A stretch of DNA of 32,000 nt. It comes from Flavobacteriaceae bacterium. GTDB lineage: Bacteria; Bacteroidota; Bacteroidia; Flavobacteriales; Flavobacteriaceae. The position numbers and the translations under genes were made by a program. The DNA lies in assembly GCA_965224465.1 (NCBI GenBank), contig OZ245049.1, forward strand, positions 3,300,001-3,332,000, read 5' to 3'. The first letter of the stretch is position 1; each line of letters starts with the position of its first letter. Positions 9,769-16,679 of this stretch are shown piece by piece. The notes under the pieces are model-generated. The model was not told the origin of the DNA and made no database searches. It worked only from the letters and a program-made list of their open reading frames with translations.

Positions 9769-12447
9769 ATGAAAAGATATAGAATGTTTTTTTTAGGCTT
9801 GATAATTTTATGTTTTTCTACATGTGTGGAGGATCAAAATTTTAAGACACCTGAAACTACGTGTATTCCACCAGTTTTGAAAGTAAATGCAACCATTGGA
9901 GAGGTGAAATCACTTTATAAAGGTACGGTAACACAAATTAAAGAAAAATTAATTATTGAAGGTTATGTGATTTCCTCAGATCTAAAAGGGAACTTTTATA
10001 GAACGTTGCACTTTCAAAATAGCCCAGATAATCCTACGGATGGTTTACAGTTAGATGTTGATATGCAACAGATGTACACAATGTATCCAGTAGGGAGTAA
10101 AATCATTATAAATACCCAAGGGTTGTATATTGATAATTACCATGGTGTACTAAAAATAGGAGGATTGTATCCGAAGTTTGGTGGTGGGGTTGGAGTTGGG
10201 CGCTTGTCTAGTGTATTGGCAAAAAAAGTAGTGCTTGTATCCTGTGATCCTCCAGTAAAAATAATTCCTAGACTTGTGAAAATTGAGGACTTAGATGATG
10301 CCATGATTCATACTCTTATTAAATTTGACAAGGTAGAAATTGCACCAGATTCACAGTGTCAGTCGTATGCTTTAGCTTCCAAAAACACCAGTGTTTTTGT
10401 ACGTGATTGTGAAGGGAATAGTATTGTTTTAAGAACTAGTGGCTATGCCGATTTTCAATCCGAATTGTTACCAGTGGGTAGTGGAGAATTACATGCAATT
10501 TTAGGAAAGTATAATGATAAGTTTCAAGTGACAATCCGTGATACCAAAGACCTAAACTTTGAGGGTGATCGATGTAATGGGGAGCATTTTACCTGTGTGG
10601 CTCCTACTGTGAATACTACAATACAGGATGTTAAAAACAAGTATCAAGGATCCTTATTACAGTTGAAAGAATCTCTTGTTTTTGAAGGGGTAGTAACGGC
10701 AAATGATAAAAGTGGGAATGCGTATAAGTACATATATGTACAGGATAAAACGGGAGGAATAAAAATTAAGATCAATCAAAAAGAATTGTATTTACGGGGG
10801 TTTAGTATCGGAAAAAAAATAGTAGTTGTATCTCAAGATTTGTACATCGATTCGCTTAGTGGAGAATTACAACTTGGCGGTTTATACGAAGGGAATTTAG
10901 GCAATATAGAGCGCTATGACATATTTAAACATTTTTTTGTAAGTGATAAAACAGTTGTTTTAATGCCTGAAAATTTAATGTTAAATGAGCTGTCAATGGA
11001 GGAAATTGGACGTTTTATACGGATTGATAAGGTACAGTTTATGGAGAAGGAATTGAATTTTGTAAGCGAAAAATCGAATGGATCTACACGTACCTTGGTG
11101 GATTGTATGGCAAATACGATTGATGTTCGAACCAGTAAATATGCTAATTTTGCAAAGGCGAAACTTCCATCAAAAATGGGAGCGGTGCAAGGGGTGCTCG
11201 GTTTTTATAATGGGAATTTTCAATTGTTTTTTCGAGATATTAATGATGTAAAATTGATGACAGAAGAACCCTGCAATGCCGTCGAAAATGGAAAATTTGT
11301 TACGGTGTCCGAAGTTCGGGATATGTTTTCAGGTTCGGTATTGAACAGCATTCAAAATATAAAAATAAAAGCTGTGATTACCTCGAATGCAGCTGAATTG
11401 AATATCACAGAAATTAGTGCTTTTATACAAGATAAAACAGCTGCTATTGCGCTTCGTTTTAGTAGTGCTCATGGCTTGAAATTCGGAGATGAAGTGGAAC
11501 TTTCTTTATTGGGTGCTAGTTTGGAAGAGTATAAAGGATTGTTACAGTTAAATCATATTCCAGTGGCGAATATTATCAGTACTCAGCCAGGTTTTTTACC
11601 GAGTCCGAAAACAATTACGCTGCCGCAAGCCTTGACTGGGGATTTCGAATCTATGTTGGTTAGGATCAAAAAAATTCAATTTAAAGATGTAGGAAAAACG
11701 TATAAAGGAGAGAATAAAATCACAGATTGTGTGAACGATTTAAATGTATATGTGCGTTATCAGTCCTTGTTTTCTGGGTTTAAAGTGAATGGGAAAAATG
11801 GTGATGTTACTGGGATTATGACGCAGTATGAAGTGCCACAACTCTATCTTAGAAAATCTTATGATGTTACTTTTTATGATGATTATATAGACTGTGCTTC
11901 GGTAGGAACTGTTGATTTTCCGCTTTTTATTTCAGAGATAGCAGACCCCAATAATAATTCTGGAGCGCGATTTATAGAACTGTACAATTCCTCCAGCGAT
12001 GTACAAAGTATGAATGGATGGCAGTTAAAACGGTATACAAATGCAAATACAACGAGTACAAAAAGCATTCAATTAGAAGGCTACACGATTCCTGCCAATA
12101 GTGCTTTTGTGATTTCTCCAAATGCATCAGAATTTTTGAAGATGTATGGATTTGAACCTGATTTAGGAGTTTCAAAAGGAGGTCCTGCAGATTCTAATGG
12201 AGACGATACCATTGTCTTATTAAATCCTACTGGTGAGGTGGTGGATATTTTTGGACGAATTGGGGAGGATGGTTCTGGAACCAATCACGAGTTTGAGGAT
12301 GGACGTGCTTTAAGAAATAAAAGTGTAGAGGTAGGAAATGCTGTTTTTAGCTTTTCAGAATGGACTGTTTGGAACGATACAGGTGCTGCGAATACAATAA
12401 AAGAACCACAAAATGCTCCCGATGATTTTAGCCCTGGAATTCGGTAA
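9769..12447 (+). CDS. Lipoprotein with three DUF5689-type repeats and a C-terminal lamin-tail domain (paralog 2)
   Basis: The track ORF starts at GTG 9766; ATG is at 9769. Lipobox ILCFSTC. It has the same three-repeat plus LTD layout as 4175..6868 (VNATIGEVKSLY, VNTTIQDVKNKY, VTVSEVRDMF; LFISEIADPNNNSGARFIELYNSS...NGDDTIVL). Confidence 0.75.
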   Translation: MKRYRMFFLGLIILCFSTCVEDQNFKTPETTCIPPVLKVNATIGEVKSLYKGTVTQIKEKLIIEGYVISSDLKGNFYRTLHFQNSPDNPTDGLQLDVDMQQMYTMYPVGSKIIINTQGLYIDNYHGVLKIGGLYPKFGGGVGVGRLSSVLAKKVVLVSCDPPVKIIPRLVKIEDLDDAMIHTLIKFDKVEIAPDSQCQSYALASKNTSVFVRDCEGNSIVLRTSGYADFQSELLPVGSGELHAILGKYNDKFQVTIRDTKDLNFEGDRCNGEHFTCVAPTVNTTIQDVKNKYQGSLLQLKESLVFEGVVTANDKSGNAYKYIYVQDKTGGIKIKINQKELYLRGFSIGKKIVVVSQDLYIDSLSGELQLGGLYEGNLGNIERYDIFKHFFVSDKTVVLMPENLMLNELSMEEIGRFIRIDKVQFMEKELNFVSEKSNGSTRTLVDCMANTIDVRTSKYANFAKAKLPSKMGAVQGVLGFYNGNFQLFFRDINDVKLMTEEPCNAVENGKFVTVSEVRDMFSGSVLNSIQNIKIKAVITSNAAELNITEISAFIQDKTAAIALRFSSAHGLKFGDEVELSLLGASLEEYKGLLQLNHIPVANIISTQPGFLPSPKTITLPQALTGDFESMLVRIKKIQFKDVGKTYKGENKITDCVNDLNVYVRYQSLFSGFKVNGKNGDVTGIMTQYEVPQLYLRKSYDVTFYDDYIDCASVGTVDFPLFISEIADPNNNSGARFIELYNSSSDVQSMNGWQLKRYTNANTTSTKSIQLEGYTIPANSAFVISPNASEFLKMYGFEPDLGVSKGGPADSNGDDTIVLLNPTGEVVDIFGRIGEDGSGTNHEFEDGRALRNKSVEVGNAVFSFSEWTVWNDTGAANTIKEPQNAPDDFSPGIR

Positions 12448-12458
12448 TTTCAAATGAT

Positions 12459-12595
12459 GGTTTAGAAATGGAATTATTTTTTGTTTTAACTAGACGAAAA
12501 CTCTAAGGATAGCCCTATCTATTGTTCTGTTTTTTAACAACGCTAGAACGTAAAACAACCTATTTATATCGATTATTTTGGATTGTAATTGGTAG
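12459..12595 (+). repeat. Right copy of the ~135-bp inverted repeat (partner at 50..182)
   Basis: ggtttagaaatggaattattttttgttttaactagacgaaaactctaaggatagccctatctattgttctgttttttaacaacgctagaacgtaaaacaacctatttatatcgattattttggattgtaa. It starts 12 nt after the stop at 12447. Relative to the flanking gene it has the same orientation as the left copy. Confidence 0.8.
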
Positions 12596-12619
12596 TAGTG
12601 ATTGTTCTGTTTTTAAGGA

Positions 12620-12792
12620 TCTGATTTAGAATTACACTTGTTATTTCTATCAAAAATAGAGATAGCTAAAAATATTAATTTTTCTGTGCGAGCGTACATT
12701 GTGGGGCATATTGTAGATTGTTTGTATAAGTGTCAATAAAAATTAAATAAAAACGATATGTATAAAAATAAAGAATTTATTTATCTGTTGTT
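12620..12792 (+). pseudogene. Decayed internal fragment of an I2-type immunity-like lipoprotein gene
   Basis: It aligns by eye to 17511..17690 inside the 17280..17837 gene (tctgatttagaatta...gagatagctaaaaa...gcgagcgtacattg.ggggcatattgtagattgtttgtataagtgtcaa.aaaaattaaataaaaacgata.gtataaaaa). It has a small deletion and an in-frame TAA where the intact gene has GAA. Both gene ends are missing. Confidence 0.85.
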
Positions 12793-13062
12793 TTAGATGA
12801 TTGATCACAGTTGTTGACTGGGAATGTTTTCAAGATATCATTGAGAACATTTACAAGAAAAAACGGTTAATTAAGAGCCATACGGTTACGAGTTTGTTTT
12901 ATGCTCCGTTAAATTAAACGGCACCGAAAAACCGTTAATTTGGTTTTAGTAAATAAAAAGACAGAAAAATCAACGATTTGACTTAGGCATAATTTAACGT
13001 TTATTCTATAAATGATATACGAAACAGCATGTTTGAACCGTTATATGTCTTTAAAATAAAAA

Positions 13063-13434
13063 ATGGGAAAAATTAAAATTAAGAGCTCGACTGTAGCAAA
13101 AATAATTATTGACAAAAAAGGATATGGAACAATAAAAAATGAAAATAAGGAATATGAGATAGAAAATGGACAACACGAAATTTATGCTAAATCTGCTTGG
13201 TGTGGTAGTCAAAAAATAACAGTAAATATTACAGATGATAAAATTATAACATTGACTCTAAATAGTTTTAAAAATGAAGGTATTGTTAAAGCTGTATTTA
13301 TGTTATTAGCTGGACTTCTTATATTTACTAAAAACGTAATCTTCGGGATAATTGCAGGGGTAGTGTTTTTGTATCCATTATATTATGTAACAATTGGAAA
13401 AGATAAATATTTAGAATTAGTTGAGATTACATAA
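13063..13434 (+). CDS. Hypothetical small membrane protein
   Basis: 123-aa ORF with ATG preceded by an A-rich leader. The soluble N-half is followed by two hydrophobic stretches (AVFMLLAGLLIF, IFGIIAGVVFLYPLYYV). I recognise no family. Confidence 0.5.
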   Translation: MGKIKIKSSTVAKIIIDKKGYGTIKNENKEYEIENGQHEIYAKSAWCGSQKITVNITDDKIITLTLNSFKNEGIVKAVFMLLAGLLIFTKNVIFGIIAGVVFLYPLYYVTIGKDKYLELVEIT

Positions 13435-13582
13435 TATAATTAAATATTGGGTAGTGTCAACCATGAACTCAAAATCCCTGCTCTCGATTGTTTCGTGTGG
13501 TTTTAGGAGCTTAAGAGTACTTAAAACGAATTCTTTTACTAAAAATAATTAAATTGGTAGTATGCAGATTGTATATCTTTTG

Positions 13583-13590
13583 TATATTTG
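13583..13590 (+). promoter_or_regulatory. Candidate -7 box upstream of the tssD-like gene
   Basis: TATATTTG is a perfect TAnnTTTG. The nearest upstream TTG (13554..13556) is 26 nt away, which is longer than usual. The box lies ~185 nt upstream of the ATG at 13774. Confidence 0.25.
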
Positions 13591-13773
13591 GAAAATGTTA
13601 TATAACGTATGCGTGTTACTGTATTAGAATTAAATACAGAATACACGGCATTAACGTAGTGTAGCTATCACGGATATACCTTAATTTTAGAGGGATTGTG
13701 GATGTATTTGGGTTGCAACAAGACTGCTAACACAAACGGCATAAAAAAACAAACAAACAAACAAAACAAAATA

Positions 13774-14460
13774 ATGAGTTTTAAACTTAAAGTATTTATT
13801 GATGGAGAAGAAAGTAATGTATTAAGATATAACTTAAATTTAAGTCAAAGTTCTGACATTACAGGAAGACCTACTCAAAAACCTGTCTTACAAAAACTTT
13901 TATTAGTGTTAGAATCTAACAATAAAATTGATTTGATGCAGTGGATGATTTCTCCAAATCAAACTAAACAAATAGAACTGCACATTCAAGAACGACAAGG
14001 AGAAAGAACAAGAATTCTTTACTTTTCGGATGTTAACTTAGTCGGTTTAGAAACCACATTTTCTGCTACAGGAAATATACCTATGACAGATAATTTACAG
14101 ATTACTGCTGCAGGGCTCAATACAAACAATTCTGCTGTTGAATATTCTGCATCTTGGAGAACTACTTTTCCTGAACAAGAAGCAGAAGTAACAACTATTG
14201 AGCAAGAAAGAAAAATAACTAGTTATTACTTAACGAATACAGAAAATAATAAGATAGAAGATTATAATATTGATGATATTATATTGTTGAATATTAAAAC
14301 TGAAAATCGAATAGGAGATGTAATGACCATCAACTTAAATGATAAAAAGCATGATTTTGAATATAACGGAATTATCTTAGAGAACGATACTCTTAAAAAC
14401 ATTAAAATTGAAAATAATTTAGAACAAATTGAGTTAAAAGTAGTAGCTCAAACAGTATAA
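13774..14460 (+). CDS. tssD: Type VI secretion tube protein TssD/Hcp-like with a ~100-aa C-terminal extension
   Basis: The track ORF starts at TTG 13696; ATG 13774 follows an A/C-rich leader. The N-terminal ~128 aa follow the Bacteroidetes TssD pattern as I recall it: MSFKLKVFIDGEESNVLRYNLNLSQSSDITGRPTQKP, LESNNKIDLMQWMISPNQTK, YFSDVNLVGLETTF, IPMTDNLQITAAGL, ...SASW. Residues ~129-228 (14158..14457) are extra. Confidence 0.65.
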   Translation: MSFKLKVFIDGEESNVLRYNLNLSQSSDITGRPTQKPVLQKLLLVLESNNKIDLMQWMISPNQTKQIELHIQERQGERTRILYFSDVNLVGLETTFSATGNIPMTDNLQITAAGLNTNNSAVEYSASWRTTFPEQEAEVTTIEQERKITSYYLTNTENNKIEDYNIDDIILLNIKTENRIGDVMTINLNDKKHDFEYNGIILENDTLKNIKIENNLEQIELKVVAQTV

Positions 14461-14464
14461 ACGT

Positions 14465-16078
14465 ATGAAAAAAACAGGATTTACCATCTCATTTGAAGAC
14501 GGAGAAACGTTAACAAGATATTTAACACCAGTATTACAAGCAGAATATATAGTTGCCATAAAACCAAAAGATTTTGATGGAAGTTATGGAATAGATTGGT
14601 GTGAAATGAGTACTGACCTTACAAAAATTGAAAAATTTCAAGAAACCAATGTAGCAGATATTAGCCACGTTCTAGATAAAGCTACAACACAATTTAAGGC
14701 TAGCCCAACAACTCAAGATAAACAAAATTATGTCCGAGACTTATATGTTTTTGAAAGTTATTACGGAAAAGAGATGCCTATTACTTGGGTAAACTTAGCC
14801 TACGATAAGGTAGCAACTTTAGAGATAACGCCTTTGTTAATAAATGGTAAAAGGAATAAAAAAACAGATTTTTTAACCATTGAGAAAAATGACAATTTTA
14901 AAATATCATACAAGGGGACTACTGATGAAGACAGTAATCCGAATATAAAAATAGAAAAACTGAAAGATGGCAAAGCTCAAGAAATTGAAATTACAGCGTT
15001 AAAAACTTTTTCTCAAGCGCAAGAAATAATTATAAAAGATTATTTAGGAAAAGAAGTCGGAAAAATAGAAATGGTAGCTAATGATGTGCTAGATTTAAAT
15101 GTGAAAATTATTCCAGTAGTACTCAATCATACTTCACAAGTAGCAGATGCTCAAAATATATATGCTGCTGCAATAAAAGCAGAAAACATTGATAAGGATA
15201 GTCTAAAAACAACATTACAAACTAAATCATTTAACCAAACAGGTGTAAACTGTATTATAGAACCCCTAAAAGCTATTCCAGAATGCATAGTAATAGATGT
15301 TACTAAAGACAATTGGAGTGAGTTTTATAAAGGAGGCATATTTCAAAATTGGGATTATTCCAGTACAACGGTAAAACCTATTGTTTCTAAAGATGAAGAT
15401 GGAGATAAACGCTATCATACTAGAGATATGGGGACGGAACGTTTTTTACTTGATAAATTAGAAGATCATTATTATAAAAAATACGGAAAAAATCATAAGG
15501 GAGCCTTGGTTTTTGTTACAGATAAAAATTATATAATTCCAAATTTACAAGGCTATTCGCAAACAGACCCTATACGAAGCCAAGGAACAGTTATATTTAA
15601 ACCTGGTTTAGGTGATGCTACTGTTTATGCGCACGAATTAGGGCATATGTTAGGACTTGAACATAACTTTGTTAATGATATTAATGAACTTACAAGCATA
15701 AATGATAACTTAAATAATTTAACACGCAACAAAAGTGTTGCCGATAAAAAACAAGAAATCGAAGAAGATATAGCTTTTAAAGAAAATTATATTAAAGTAG
15801 ATATAGAAAAAATAAACGATTTGAAAACGGTACGTGAACAATCACAATCTATAAAAAATAAAATTTTAGATATCCAAGAAGCAATTAAAAACACTCAAAA
15901 TTCTATCATCCAACTAAAGGATAAATTACAAAGAATAGATATTAAAACTACTACAGCTAATTTTAAAGTAACAAAAGGTAAATCTAAAAACTATATGGAT
16001 TATATAAATAACAGAACTTTTTTTAGTAAATATCAATCCCAAATAGTAAAAGAGGAGCTTATTAAATTTTATATATGA
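14465..16078 (+). CDS. Putative T6SS-associated polymorphic effector with a metzincin-type zinc metallopeptidase domain
   Basis: 537 aa with no signal peptide (MKKTGFTISFEDGETL). The ATG lies 5 nt after the tssD-like stop. The zinc motif HELGHMLGLEH (15632..15664) is HExxHxxGxxH. The Met-turn-like NYMDY (15989..16003) resembles the M43 ulilysin/pappalysin flavour. The stop overlaps the next ATG (ATGA at 16075..16078). Confidence 0.7.
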   Translation: MKKTGFTISFEDGETLTRYLTPVLQAEYIVAIKPKDFDGSYGIDWCEMSTDLTKIEKFQETNVADISHVLDKATTQFKASPTTQDKQNYVRDLYVFESYYGKEMPITWVNLAYDKVATLEITPLLINGKRNKKTDFLTIEKNDNFKISYKGTTDEDSNPNIKIEKLKDGKAQEIEITALKTFSQAQEIIIKDYLGKEVGKIEMVANDVLDLNVKIIPVVLNHTSQVADAQNIYAAAIKAENIDKDSLKTTLQTKSFNQTGVNCIIEPLKAIPECIVIDVTKDNWSEFYKGGIFQNWDYSSTTVKPIVSKDEDGDKRYHTRDMGTERFLLDKLEDHYYKKYGKNHKGALVFVTDKNYIIPNLQGYSQTDPIRSQGTVIFKPGLGDATVYAHELGHMLGLEHNFVNDINELTSINDNLNNLTRNKSVADKKQEIEEDIAFKENYIKVDIEKINDLKTVREQSQSIKNKILDIQEAIKNTQNSIIQLKDKLQRIDIKTTTANFKVTKGKSKNYMDYINNRTFFSKYQSQIVKEELIKFYI

Positions 16079-16094
16079 AAACAATAAGTATTTT
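15491..16094 (+). repeat. Exact 604-nt direct repeat, copy 1 (expressed effector 3' third plus first 20 nt of the downstream gene)
   Basis: Block-by-block comparison with 17861..18464 shows no mismatch, with an offset of exactly 2370 nt. Identity starts at aatcataagggagcc. It ends at 16095 (t) versus 18465 (a). Confidence 0.9.
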
Positions 16095-16656
16095 TAAAAA
16101 GATTAGTTTACTATATGTTTTTATAGTTTTTGTTTCTTGTAGTTCTTCTATGGTGCTTAAGTACAATACTATACCTGCTGGGGGGGTTGCTTACAAGCAA
16201 CTTGATGTTTTTGGAGGATATATATGGCACAGAGATAAAAAAGGAAAAATTAATATTAATAAAAAAAATCTTCAAAATATTTACATAATTACTAAAAATG
16301 GTAATGAAGACTATTTTGAATTTTTAGAGAGTTATTCTTTTTTTTTATGCAGTCATAGTGATAAACGTCGTATCGCTAAGAGTTTAAATTTTTCAGAAAG
16401 AACTTTGGTTGCAGCTTATTGTGTAGAGTATCTTTATAAATGTCAAAAAGAAATTAGTGAAAGTAATATGTATAAAAATTACAGGTTAGTTAGACTTTTT
16501 TTGAGAACAGATAACGGCGATAGTAACAAGTACAATCGAGAGTTCAAAAAACACGATTACTACGGTTTAAAATTATTAAAAAAACACCATTTAAAACATT
16601 ATAAATATTTCCCGGATTTAGATACAATACGCTATAAAAAAAGTATTAGTGATTAA
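16075..16656 (+). CDS. Lipoprotein, putative immunity protein I1
   Basis: 193 aa with lipoprotein signal MKTISIFKKISLLYVFIVFVSC. It is translationally coupled to the effector (ATGA). It shares the invariant C-terminal tail NKYNREFKKHDYYGLKLLKKHHLKHYKYFPDLDTIRYKKSISD with six downstream paralogs. Confidence 0.7.
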   Translation: MKTISIFKKISLLYVFIVFVSCSSSMVLKYNTIPAGGVAYKQLDVFGGYIWHRDKKGKININKKNLQNIYIITKNGNEDYFEFLESYSFFLCSHSDKRRIAKSLNFSERTLVAAYCVEYLYKCQKEISESNMYKNYRLVRLFLRTDNGDSNKYNREFKKHDYYGLKLLKKHHLKHYKYFPDLDTIRYKKSISD

Positions 16657-16679
16657 AGATGTAGGGTTAATGCTTCTCT

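Noticed and set aside
396-12284. Short ORFs from the track lying antisense or out of frame inside the large genes: 396..686, 930..1178, 1678..1989, 2072..2545, 5344..5532, 5557..5799, 6384..6602, 6610..6882, 7433..7621, 9261..9464, 11883..12068, 11972..12175, 12081..12284.
   Set aside because: Each is fully embedded in a much longer ORF with clear family motifs on the other strand or frame. Their translations are low-complexity or Cys/Phe/Ile-rich shadows with no recognisable motif.
1427-12447. Classification as a classical SusC/SusD polysaccharide utilisation locus.
   Set aside because: The gene after each barrel is a DUF5689/LTD lipoprotein, not a SusD-like TPR-type protein. No glycoside hydrolases are present, and the only enzyme is an EEP nuclease.
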